In this document: piece by piece, positions 24,867-36,914 of the stretch | Layout of the letters: every line of letters begins with the position of its first letter | Position numbering within the stretch: position 1 is the stretch's first letter | From: the human T2T-CHM13v2.0 reference genome, Homo sapiens | Direction: 5' to 3' (one strand) | NCBI RefSeq assembly: GCF_009914755.1 | Contig: NC_060929.1 | Length of the DNA stretch: 64,000 bases | Notes under the pieces: model-generated | Database searches by the model: none | Seen by the model: only the letters and a program-made list of their open reading frames with translations | Told to the model about the DNA's origin: nothing | Position numbers and translations under genes: made by a program

Positions 24867-26349
24867 TGGCACCCAACTACTACTCGACATTCGTAACCTT
24901 TTATTCATTAGAAATGACCAACGGGAACTTTAAATTACATGACAGCAGTTTCCTTCTTAGAAAGAGGAAGGTAAAACTCAGAGAAACCTATCAAGCCTGA
25001 ATAAAGGAGTAAACACAAAAATGAAGCAGTTCCAACTCTTCTATGGGGCTCCCTACCTGTGGTCCTTCATCCTCATAATATTATTTTCTGAATGGCCTCT
25101 GACAGCCACGATTTCCCCAAATGATCAATGTCGTCAAACTATTCAGCATGGCAGATCAGGAAAATTGTCAGATTTATTTTAGAAAGAATTTTAAAGGACA
25201 GGTGGACTCTAAAGGGATGTTGTGCTTAGCTAGATATTCAAAAATGCAATTAACGAACACATTCCTTCTCCAGATACACCGAGTTTTCCTGTGTGTTCAG
25301 GTGTTTGTTCCGAGGGTGCGTTAGTGGACGAATTCCTCCACCTGTGCATCTGGAGACCTGGGGATGTCTATGCTCTTTGCCCCCTGCCAGGTAAAAGAGT
25401 AAACTTCTAATAATCAGCTCAGATTCCCTTTTGTTGGGTTAGGAGATGAAAATACGTTGTACTGGATTCTCTTTGAAATCTAAAATGTCCGTTGGTTTTG
25501 GAGTTTTCTAACAGAACCGCCCTTCAGGTAAACATCCAAAACCTTCCTGTGACCCCGTGCAGAAGCGCCTCCCACAGCCCCCAGAGGAGAGAGGTAACTT
25601 CGGCAGATGCTGAGACCAGGGAGCCACCTCTCTTGGGCTGTGCTAGAAGCATCTCTGAGCTCTGCTCAGGTGGGAGTTACTGACACGCATATCCGTGCGA
25701 GGGCTGGCGTTTCCTTCTTTCATCAAACTGCCCATCCCCTCTGCAGCCAGTGCAGGAGTCGCGGAGTGCCGCCTTGGCTCTGGCCGCCTGAAGGCCTGCC
25801 GTGCTGGAGAGCGGGTCCAGGGGTTGACATCTCTATTCTTTTGTCTGACAAATCTGTGCACTGGCTTGTAAAAAAAATCAATACTGTTTTTCCTTGGTTC
25901 TCTCTCCACAGGTGAGCTGGTGGATCGTAGCGGCTCTCCCCGTTCCCGCCTCCAATTCTGTTCTCAGTTTGTTTCTCTTGCTTCAGGGTTGAGCATGTGA
26001 TCATATCTCCAGCGGACGACACCAAAAGAATGTCTGTGACCTCGTCCCCTGGCGACCACGTCTACAGTGACTGAGTGCTGCCGTGGCTGGAAAGCCAGGG
26101 TCTGCATCTCCCAGGACCTCAGGACCTGTGATGAGGTGTTGTGGGGCCAAGAAGAGGAGGGGGTCCATGGTGGGCTCTGCCGCAGGTGACCCTGCACACT
26201 GTCCTAGCACCTGTGCCTAAGGAGATGCCCTCTATGGTACCAAGCATCTCCCAAAATGTGATTTGCTCTTCCTGTGATAGAATGGAGTGGGCTGAGGGGG
26301 CGATGGGTGCTGGAAAGCCACAAGGCTGCCATTGATCTGCCAGAGAAGG

Positions 26350-26418
26350 CACCTGCTCACCTGGCAGGATGCTCACCTGGCAGGATGTTCACCTGGCAGG
26401 ATGCTCACCTGGCAGGAA
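26350..26418. repeat. 16-bp tandem repeat (GCTCACCTGGCAGGAT), 4 copies
   Basis: Read directly from the sequence. Five CACCTG motifs in 62 bp. Confidence 0.9.
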
Positions 26419-26712
26419 TAGCAAATTTGCTAGAAAAATGCAGGTTCCCCTGTTCTGGGTGATCTGTGACTTCTGCCACACAGGGGATCCAGAGTGCGAG
26501 GATATCCAGAGAGCTGGAATGAGGATTTTGCTGAGCTGAGGTGGGTTGCTTTCCTCTCCTTCCCTCATGAAATCACAAAACCCATGCTCATCTCCCAGAT
26601 GACCTAAGGGTGGCAGTTCCTAGAGGCAGGCGATAAATGAGGCACAGTGACCTCACGTCCAGCCTAGTTTCCTGTGTTCATTCCTGAAGGGACCTGAGTG
26701 TGGGAACAGAGT

Positions 26713-26860
26713 GCTCTCCTCTCTCTCTTTCTCTCTCATTCTCTCATTCCTTCTTTCTCTTTCTCTCTCTCTTTCCCTTTCTCTCTCTCTCCTCTTATTC
26801 TCCCTCTTTCTCTCTCTTCCCCCAGCCCCCACGTTTGTCCTTCTCCTTCCTTGCAGTCTT
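26713..26860. repeat. CT-rich low-complexity tract
   Basis: (CT)n and (CTTT)n degenerate polypyrimidine run. Confidence 0.85.
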
Positions 26861-27747
26861 GCTCTTTTTCATCCATATTCCCTTTTACTATAAACTTGCT
26901 CATCTTCACTGAGGTTTAACCATGACCCAAGTTCTGGATCTTATGGGCTATTCATTATGAAGACCTAGGACTTCCTGTTTTCAGGTGAACACAGAAAGGC
27001 TTAGGATTCTTAGTAGAGAGCCTAAGCAGTCCAGATGGGAGACGTGCATTTAAGGAGAGAGATCTGATGGCCGCTCACTGGGGATGACGCCCTTTTTGGT
27101 CCATGATCAGCCCCTGGTGCCAGGTGAGGGGACCAGGCATTGAGCTGGTCTTCAGGCCTCAGGGCTCAGCTGCCACAGAGGAGGACCCATGAGGACCTCA
27201 CACCCCTGAGGCCTCCCTGAGTTCTGCTCTCCACAGGCCTGCATCATTTCCAGCAATTTCCACAAGTGCTTCCTTTTTAAAAGCAGAGTCTTCAAGATTG
27301 ACCTTGTATAGTATTCATTTATTTAAAAAACCCAGCTTCTGCTGTGGTGCTCACTGAGCGATTGGAGCAGTGCTGAGCACGGCTTCCTTGGGTGGGCCTC
27401 GACGGACACCCACCCCTCTAACTGCTTAATATCACGAATGTGTCCTAAATTCACACTTAGAAAAGCTGCATCTCAAATTTCCTTACTGGGGTGGCAGCTG
27501 TGAGACTCCCACATCCTTGTTCCACATCAGTAGAGACAGACCCCTGTGTCAGCTCCACAGTCTGGCTCAACTTGGTGTGAGTGTGGGAAGTTCACACCCA
27601 GGCCAATTTAAGGTCAAGGTTGAAGGTTTCTCATCAGAAGAAAACCCCATCACCACATCATTCTCTCCCTCACCGGGCAGTGCCTAGTCCACTTCTGATA
27701 TCCAGGACGGATAAGATCTCCCAGGGGGTTGGCCAACTCCTCTGCAG

Positions 27748-28985
27748 CCCCACACCTGGGTGTGACCCCGAGACCCCAACACACCTGGGTATATCCCTGA
27801 GACCCCGACATACCTAGGTATGTCCCTGAGACCCCAACACACGTGGGTATATCCCTGAGACCCCGACACACCTAGGTATGTCCCTGAGACCCCGACACAC
27901 CTGGGTATGTCCCTGAGACCCCGACACACCTAGGTATGTCCCTGAGACCCCAACACACATGGGTATATCCCTGAGACCCCAACACACCTGGATATATCCC
28001 TGAGACCCCAACACACCTGGATATATCCCTGAGACCCCAACACACCTGGGTATATCCCTGAGACCCCGACACACATGGGTATATCCCTGAGACCCCAACA
28101 CACATGGGTATATCCCTGAGACCCCGACATACCTAGGTATGTCCCTGAGACCCCGACATACCTAGGTATGTCCCTGAGACCCCAACACACATGGGTATAT
28201 CTCTGAGACCCCAACACACCTAGGTATGTCCCTGAGACCCCAACACACATGGGTATATCCCTGAGACCCCGACACACCTAGGTATGTCCCTGAGACCCCG
28301 ACACACATGGGTATATCCCTGAGACCCCAACACACCTAGCTATGTCCCTGAGACCCCAACACACATGGGTATATCCCTGAGACCCCGACACACATGGGTA
28401 TATCCCTGAGACCCCAACACACCTGGATATATCCCTGAGACCCCGACATACCTAGGTATGTCCCTGAGACCCCGACATACCTAGGTATGTCCCTGAGACC
28501 CCAACACACATGGGTATATCTCTGAGACCCCAACACACCTAGGTATGTCCCTGAGACCCCAACACACATGGGTATATCCCTGAGACCCCGACACACCTAG
28601 GTATGTCCCTGAGACCCCGACACACATGGGTATATCCCTGAGACCCCAACACACCTAGCTATGTCCCTGAGACTCCAACACACATGGGTATATCCCTGAG
28701 ACCCCAACACACCTGGATATATCCCTGAGACCCTGGCATACCTAGGTATGTCTGTGAGACTCCAACACACATGGGTATATCCCTGAGATCCCGAGACACC
28801 TGGGTGTGACCCCAAGACCCCAACACACCTGGGTATATCCTTGAGACCCCAGCATACTTAGGTGTGTCCCTGAGACACCAACACACCTGGGTATGTCCCT
28901 GAGACCCCGGCACACCTGGTTATATCCCTCAAACCCCAACACACCTGGGTATGTCCCTGAGACCCCAACACACCTGGGTGTGTCC
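27748..28985. repeat. 29-bp minisatellite, about 42 units, with an internal 319-bp block duplication
   Basis: Unit CCCTGAGACCCC(A/G)ACACAC(C/A)T(G/A)GGTAT(A/G)T. Rare variants CTCTGAG (about 28201 and 28520) and CTAGCTATG (about 28336 and 28655) recur 319 bp apart. Confidence 0.97.
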
Positions 28986-29589
28986 TCACGACTCCATCAC
29001 AAGTCTCCTTGCACTTGGTTTTCTTGTTCTGCTCAGCTGGGGTCTCCAGGCCCAGCCCAGTGACAGGGGGATGGGGTCCACGCCCCACTCCTCCTGCATA
29101 GAAAGTCAAATCGAGATCGGAGAAATAAAGTTGAGGGGCCCAAGTCACAAAGCTGGGGGATGGTGGGGGTTGGGGGTGAGGCCTCAGTTCTCTTGTTCTG
29201 CCAACTACTCCTATTCCTGGGTAAGACGATCACTAAAGGACTCTGGGTTTTAACTTGAAAACAAAGGAGAAAAAAGTTATATCCTTCAGGTCCTCTTCCA
29301 TTGTAAAAAGTACATATAAAAATAGGGCTGAGCACACGTGACCCCTCCTGGGACTCAGCGAAGTTCCTGGCAGTGACTGGAACTCAGTGAACGTCTCTGG
29401 AAGTAACTGATGGGGTAGACCAGGAGAAAATACTTAGTCTCTAGTGGAGACAAAGAGACAAAAGGGGGCTACAATTTTTTGTTTTATTTATGCTTTTCTC
29501 TTTTCTTTTCCTTTTCTTAGGGCTAAGCTTGAAGCAGAAGAAACCACAGTAAAAACACTGGTCAATGTATGGTAATTTTAAAGTCATCT

Positions 29590-30055
29590 ACTTCCTATAC
29601 ATGTGATTGTTGGCCAGGGCATTTATGATTTATGTTATATTTTATTTTCCTATGGTCTTAAGTTGTTGGTTATACTCTAGAACTTTGCATACATGCAGTT
29701 GTTGGCTGGGACATTTATGATTTATCTTGTATTTTATTTTACAATTGTCTTAAGTTGTTGGTTATCCTCTAGAACTTCCTGTACATGTAGGGTTGGCCGG
29801 GCCACTCATGATTTATGTTGTATTTTATTTTGCTATGATCTTAAGTTGTTAGTTTTCCTCTAGAACTTCTTGTACATGTAATTGTTGGCCAGGGAATTTA
29901 TGATTTACATTGTGTTTTATTTTATTATGATCATAAGTTGTTGGTTTTCCTCTAGAACTTCCCATACATAATTCTTGGCCAGGGCATTTATGACGTATGT
30001 TGTGTTTTATTTTGCAATGGTCTTAAGTTGTTGTTGTTGTTGTTTTCTAGAACTT
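29590..30055. repeat. About 92-bp AT-rich diverged tandem repeat, 5 copies
   Basis: TCTAGAAC recurs near 29676, 29768, 29859, 29951 and 30046. The other unit motifs are TTGGCCAGGGCATTTATGATTT and TCTTAAGTTGTTGG (with minor variants). Confidence 0.92.
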
Positions 30056-30159
30056 TAGTGCATTTCACAGTAACATATTTTAGTGGATGGTGAGGTAAGG
30101 GCCCAAACCCCCCAAAACAAATTGTAAATTCCAGTAAAAACTATTACCCAGTAGTTGGC

Positions 30160-30779
30160 ATGGAAAAGTTTGGTGGCTCCTTACAAAGTTAAATGTAGAA
30201 CTACCGTATCACACAGAAACTCCACTCCTAGGCATATATGTCCGGAAGAATTGTGGGCAGAGGCTGGAACAGATAATTGTACAGGAAAGTCATAACAACA
30301 TCATTCACCATAACCAAAAAGCAGAAGCAACCATGCCCATGGAGAGGTGAATGGGTAAGCCCAACGTGGTCTGTCCATACAAGGGAATGCTTTCAGCCTC
30401 AACAAGGGATGGAGTTTTCATACATGCTGCAACCAGGATGGACCTGCAAAACACATGAAGCGCAGTAAGCCAGACACAGAAGGACAGATATGATATGTCT
30501 CCATGGACACGGAATACTTAGAACAGGCAATTTCACAGACAGAAGGTAGAGTGGAGACACTCAAGGCTGGGGAATGGGATGGAGGGGGTGTTGTTATTGG
30601 AGGTGCCGAGCTTATGTTGGGGATGGTGAAGAAGTTTTGGGGATAGCAGTGGTGAGGGCTACACAAATTGTGAATAGATGATTTAATGCTCCTTCATCGT
30701 CTGCTGAAAAACGGCTACAACGGCAAGCTTTCTATTCTCTATGCTTTACCATAGCAAAAAAAAAAAAAAAAAAAAAAAA
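30160..30779 (+). mobile_element. L1MB-type 3' end with poly(A)
   Basis: Contains AAAGTTAAATGTAGAACTACC, CATGCTGCAACCAGGATGGACCT and AAGCCAGACACAGAAGGACAGATA. A-run at 30756-30779. Confidence 0.85.
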
Positions 30780-31494
30780 TGAATACCTAGTAGGAACTTT
30801 ATGCGGTTATTTTGAAACATGGGTCAGATTCTACATTTACTCTCCAAGATCACAACGATAAGTGTTTTGTGAATGGTGGAGCCAGTGATGCAGAGAGGAC
30901 GGCCGACACTGCCCCCCAGGGGCTCTGAGCCCCTGTCTCCTCACCTGTGAAGCAGACGCAAGTTACTTGGAAGTATTTTCAAGCACGAACGTGCATGACA
31001 GGTAAAATATCTAGACCGCATCACTGCGCAGCCACTAGTCAATGCTTCCTAGGAGTCAAGTTTGTAGTGTGAACTTGATACATACGGACACAAGTTTCTG
31101 TCCTGAAGCTTGCAGTCACTCTGGGAGGTGGTGGATGGTATTACTGGGCCCGTTTTTCATTGGGGAAACTGAGGCTCCAACACTGAAATAATTCACTTCA
31201 CCTGGAGTTGAGCCAAGATTCTCTTTACTCCAAAGCCAGCACTCCTTCTGAGAACAGGACTTTGATTTGGATGGACGGATGTTGCTGGGGGCCTCAGCAC
31301 AGGGTCTTTGGGCTCACAGCTGGACATGCAGCTGTTCAGCGGCAGCTGCGGTCTGTCCACCCAGGCGGAGACTGGATGCAACAGTTTCAGGCGGGGTTCC
31401 TCCCTCCCCAGGTGCCGGCCCACCTCTCCCTTACATGGGATGTCTCTCTTCTTCCTCCTTGCCTGGTCCCTAAAGCACTTGAGTTTGTGGTTCA

Positions 31495-31603
31495 TTTTTT
31501 AAAAAATGATATATTTTATTTAACCCAGTATATTAAAAATGTCATTTCAGAATGTACGTTTTCCTTTTTTTTTTTTTTTGCAATTGGCCGTGTATTTTAC
31601 ACC
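31495..31603 (+). mobile_element. MER33-like hAT-Charlie fragment
   Basis: ATATTTTATTTAACCCAGTATAT...CATTTCA matches the MER33 interior as I recall it. Confidence 0.55.
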
Positions 31604-31604
31604 T

Positions 31605-31863
31605 TTATTTTATTGATTTATTTTTTTAGACAGAGTCTTTCTCTGTTGCCTGTGACGTGATCTCAGCTCACTGCAACCTCAGCCTCCCGAGTAGCTAAGA
31701 TTACAGACATGTGCCACCATGCCTGGCTAATTTTTGTATTTTTGGTAAAGATGAGGTTTAGCCATGTTGGCCAGGCTGGTCTCAAACTCCTGACCTCAAG
31801 TGATCCAGCCACCTTGGCCTTTCACAGTGCTGGGATTACAGGGCTGAGCCTCTGTGCCCGGCC
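31605..31863 (-). mobile_element. Alu with internal deletions in the right arm
   Basis: T-rich tail, then AGACAGAGTCT...CTCACTGCAACCTC|AGCCTCCCGAGTAGC...CTCCTGACCTCAAGTGATCC...CCCGGCC. Confidence 0.9.
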
Positions 31864-32214
31864 AGACTAAGCAGGCTTCATGTGTCCAACAGCTATGTTG
31901 GGCAGGTGGCTCCGAGCTGGAGGGCACAGGTTTGGATGGAAGACGACTGCGTGTGAAAGCACCACTGTGAGCCTTGCGGGGATGCAGAGCCCATGGCACA
32001 GGCCGCTCCTGAGTGACTTCTCCAGAACCTGCCTGCTATAAGCGCTCAGGTGTCTCTGTCTCTCTGCACCAAACCTTACTACTCTTAAAGGTTTTGAGAC
32101 ACCAGTTTACTTAGTATACTAATAATTGTACCCAATTACTACCATTAGATTGGATAAAAGACCATTAGATTGGGTTTTTGCTGTCATTTATTTTCATTGA
32201 TTTCTTAACATTAT

Positions 32215-32470
32215 TTTACATTTTAAATAAAAATTGTGTATATTTAAAGTGCACAATGTGTTGTTCTCATGTACACTGACATAGTGACATGATTACTATG
32301 GTAAAGCTAATTAACACTTCCTTCTCCTCACATAACTCCTTTATTTATGTGTTGGGAGCAGCTCGGATCTACTCAGCGACTTTCCAGAGAGCCGTGTGGC
32401 TTTACTAATGACAGACATCGTGGTGCATTCCAGACCCCTGGGCTTGTTCATCTGACGTCACTGCAACCTC
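32215..32470 (-). mobile_element. L1MA 3' end fragment
   Basis: AAAATTGTGTATATTTAAAGTGCACAATGTG...AAGCTAATTAACAC. Confidence 0.7.
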
Positions 32471-33259
32471 CTGATTCCACTCAATAGGCCAAGACAAGCG
32501 GAAGCTCCGGTTCAGGGAGAACGTTCCCCAGGAAATCAGGGCAGCAGAGTTTTCCAGGAACGGAGGCTGTGACGGTGGAGGGTGGCCAGGCAGCAGGAGG
32601 CCGGGGAAGCGGGTGTCCTGAAGCAGAGGCCGCGGCGCCACGTGTATGGCAGCTTGCAGGTGAGGAGCACTGCAGTGAAACAAATCAGACCCCGCAGAGG
32701 TGAGCGTAAGGGAAGGGAGCTGCCCCCTCCCGCCAGCCCCCTGCTCTCCTGCGGCTGTAGAAGCCGGGGCCTGAGCTGTGTCGCTCCCCTGAAGACCTCG
32801 GGGCAGCATGTGGGCCAAGTTCCAGCCTGCTTCACAGTCCTTCCGGGGATTGTGGTGGTGAGAGGTTTTTTCTAATTTTATGAAAGGTATCACTATCTTT
32901 TTTTCCTGATTATCTTGGTAGTTTGTAGAGAGAAGGGAGTGGTCTCTGCATTTTAATAAACCCACTGTCTCCACCCAGAGTCCTGCAAAGTGGATCTTGA
33001 CGCTGTGGCCCTTACGGGTGAGGCGGGAGCAGCCCATAGATGCCGGGGCCTGGCCGGCCTGGGCTTTTCTCTGTGCAGCCTACAGGGGAGCCTGTAAGGG
33101 CCTGCAGCCGGTGCTCCGATACAGCGGCTGGGAAGTGGAACACTTGGCAACTGCTGGGTCACCTCGCTGTGTTTTCTGAGGCACATGTGTTTTGGAACGT
33201 AGTGTTAGTGAACATCCGTCCGTGAGGGCTTCTATCTCTCAGGTGGGTAGCGAGCATTC

Positions 33260-33650
33260 TAGGTAGGTCATCTTGCTGGTTCCTCATAATACAACCTTGT
33301 AAGCCAATATTGTTATGAAGCCTATTTCACAGATAGGAAAACTGAGTTTTAGAGAGGTGAGCAATCTTCCCAGGCTGCCAAGCAGGGCTGGGACGCAGGC
33401 TTCCCTGCACCCGCGCTCACCTGACTCCAAAGCCAGGCTCTGGATCAATAGGATGTGGCTCAAATCTGTGGCACATCTGCTTGCCATCTCCCTAGGACCA
33501 CCATGAGACCCTTGAGACCAGGCACCACATCTCTGTACACTGCAGTGCCCTCATTGCTAGTACAGTCCCTGGCACGTGGTCAGACCACAGTTAAAACCTG
33601 GTGAGCAGATAAATAAGTAAATGGATACTTGAATGGTGAATGAACGCGTG
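33260..33650. mobile_element. MIR (about 33260-33450, minus strand) followed by an L2 3' fragment
   Basis: CCTATTTCACAGATAGGAAAACTGAG...CTGACTCCAAAGCC (MIR); CTAGTACAGTCCCTGGCACGTGGT and TGAATGGTGAATGAA (L2). Confidence 0.7.
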
Positions 33651-35239
33651 TATACATTTCAAAACCCAGCTCAAACCAACTAAGATAAATACATTACCGG
33701 AGTACAGAAATTGGACCTCTCAAATTGCACCAAAATATTTCTGTGGTTATGTGCATAACTTTTTCACATTTGAACCTGCAATTTTGTGTCAAGATGTAAT
33801 TTTTTTAAAAAGCTAGTTTCATAATGTTGTTACCAATGGTTTTACATTTTTGGCATCTCCACGGTGTGAGAGGCAAAGGGCCTGCATTCTTGATTCTAAC
33901 AATTTAACTGCAATCTGTCAATTTCAAGCAGGAAATCTGATCTGAGTTTTCAAACCCCCATGTCTCCCCGAGAGTCAATAATTCACCATTTTAGGGCAAC
34001 GGGCCCATTAACACTGAACAGCTTGAGAATGCACTCTTCATTGATCAGATAAACAAGTCATGAGATATTTTATTACAAAATGACGAACTAATTTAGTCAT
34101 CTTTTCACCAACAATGGACTTATATTAGATGTGAAATGGCAAGAAATTTTCTTCCTCAGGGAGCTATCATAAGAAACACAAACTGAAAGCTTCTCATCCA
34201 AATGGCTCATCTGACTGGGCTTACCCTGAATTCAACCCAAATTTAAGCCAGACCGCTGATAAGTTTTGCTTAAAAGTGATAGGTTTTTCTTTGTTGGTCT
34301 TATTCCAAATTATATGCAATATTTTGTCTTATATTTATGTCATACATTTAGCTTTTTCTGGTAGTTTCTTATTGAAATACAGTAATTATATGGGTAACTT
34401 ATACAAGTATTACTTGTCATAATTCTGAATTTTTAATTCATCTTAAGTAAATGATTGAGGCAATTTTAAATCCATTTCCATGAAGATTTTACATTCTTTT
34501 TGAATGTACAAAATGGAACGGATATTGCCTTTGGTTGGTAAATAGAAATAAATTGCAGGCCAGGTGTGGGCACAGTGAGGCAGTGGCAGAGATGACCAAT
34601 GCTGACTGGGAGTCAGGGTACTTGGGGGAAAACAGGCTGTGGAATTCGCCTTGCCAGCACTCTTTCTGACTATGTGTTCAGAGAAGTCCCTCTCACCCAG
34701 GGTCTCTGAAAATGCTGGGCTCAGCGAAAGTGTGACTGGGCTACAGGAAGGCATGATGCTGAAGCTCTGGCTCTGTGTTTCTTCCTGCACAACCGAGGAA
34801 GGAACTGCTTACATCACAGGGCGTGTTCACGGCTCCCCGCTGCGGGCACTGCGAGTAACCTACTCAGCTGCCTATAGCGGCCCTGGGTCCCCTGCCCTGG
34901 GTCTGTGGGTTAAGCCACCGCCTTGTTGTTCACTGCGTCTGGCAGTTACATCCTGAGTGTAAAAGGTCTCATTTGGGTGGGACAGGAGGCAGCGCCTGGG
35001 TAGGGTGAGGTCACACCAGGGGTGCCACAAAGCCTGGGCTTTGAGGAATCGTGCCCTTAGTGGGAGGTCTGGGAAACACAGGTCTGGAATAGAACCTGTC
35101 TTAATTTTGACTCCAATGGAGAGAATGAGGGGGGAGTATTCCTATTCGTATTGTTACACTCAAGCAGAAACAAATTCAGGTCTTTTCTGGAGGAATATAC
35201 TTTACATAAGGACAATGACCTCAAAGACTTCCCACTGAT

Positions 35240-36900
35240 GAAATTCCATAAAACAAGAGGTCAGAACAAACCTTCATAGGACAAATGAGGAAATAAGCTG
35301 CCACAACCCAGGATGCACAGAAACAGCTACAAAATCAGAACCACACACACTCCAGATATTGGCATCTCCCGAAACAGAACATAAACACATGTAATATATT
35401 TAAAAATCAGAAGAGGAAATGCATGAATGATGAAGGTAACAGAGACTACCAAGATTGACATGTGGAATTGACAAAGAACCAAATAGAATGTCTAGAAATG
35501 AAAAACGTAATAATGAAAATAAGCACAGCGGGGGGGTCACATAGACCTTAAAGGCTGAATTGGAGCTAAGTTACTCTATATAAAACATGGAAGACAGATT
35601 TTAAGGACTGACTCAGGATGCACAACAGAGTTACAAAAATACAGAAAATACACAAGAGTGTTCAAAGAAAGGGCAGAGAGGTAAGGGTATGGTGAGGAGG
35701 TAGCATTAGAAAGGTAGGCTCCGAACTGTCAGCAACTGACAGTAGACACCGAATCTCAAGTTCATGAAGCCCAGTAAACCCCAAGCAGCAGAATTAAAAA
35801 GAAATCCTCACCAAGTTATAGAAATGCCACTGAAAAACACCACGGACAAGGAAAACATCTCTGTTCTCAAGAAAGAAAAAACAAAAATTTACTACAAATG
35901 GAAAGAACCATCTGATAGCAGTAGGCTGAAAATTTTCTCAAAGTTTACACAGAGCTGAGAATAGTTTGAATTCCAACAGCCAATGTGGGAGAAACCCATA
36001 ATACATACGGCATCAGATAGAGTCTGAAGATGTGTTGGTTGGTTCAGAAGTGGAGGTAAATGAGCTCTAGACTGTGTAGCACTCTGACTTTCCCTAACAA
36101 AGCTTCAAATCCTCAAAAGATCAAACGAATTTCAAAAATACCTAAGTACAAACAGGAAAAAACCCCACAATATTCTTTATAGGAATCTAATAAAATCTGG
36201 CATCCAACAACATAAAATTAACAGTTTTCAACATCCAGCAAACAAACAAAGCCACTTCCAGGCATGCATGAGAGGACGAAAATACGGCTTAGGACAAGAA
36301 TAAAAATCAGTCAAGAGCTGCCTCTTATTAGCAACCATGGAGGCCAAAAGAAAGTGGACCAACATCCTTAAAGTGCTGGAAGAAAAATAATGTCAACTCC
36401 AAATACTATATCCAGTGAAACTATCATTTAAGAATGGAGGTAAAATAAAGACATTTTAAGATATAAGATAACTAAAAGAACTCATCACTACAAGAAATGT
36501 TGATGATGGTTCCTGGGGAAGAATAATAGTGACACCAGAAGGAAGCTCAGAACATAAGGGACAAACAAAGAGTATCAGAAATGGTAAATATCTGAATAAA
36601 TTCAAAATACTATTTTTCTTTTTTGCCTTTCTTCACCTTGATTTCATAGAAGCTATAAACTGTTTTGAAAAAGGTAACATTGTGTCATGGGTTTATAATG
36701 TGTGTAGTTGTGTTACGTTTGACAATAATAACATAAGGGCATGGAAAAAATATAGACCTTAAAGCTGTAAGATTTCAATATTTTACATAAAAAGTAGACC
36801 TACTAAAAGTTAAAAAGTGTATTAAATTGCCAGAGCAACCATGAAAAGAAATGGAATTCTATAAAATCAGTAGTAGTGCAACGTATGACAATAGTAGCCC
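35240..36900 (+). mobile_element. Ancient L1M ORF1/inter-ORF remnants (composite)
   Basis: Contains AAAGAACCAAATAGAA...TAGAAATGAAAAA, GCAACCATGGAGGCCAAAAGAAAGTGG and CTATATCCAGTGAAACTATC. Continues at about 38225-38380. Confidence 0.7.
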
Positions 36901-36914
36901 AAAGGACAGGTGCA

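Noticed and set aside
31208-31660. 150-aa ORF
   Set aside because: It runs into a MER33-like fragment and an Alu tail, and no protein family is recognisable.
32405-33037. ORFs of about 200 aa here, at 54664-55281 and at 61398-62009
   Set aside because: GC-rich chance frames with no recognisable homology or exon structure.
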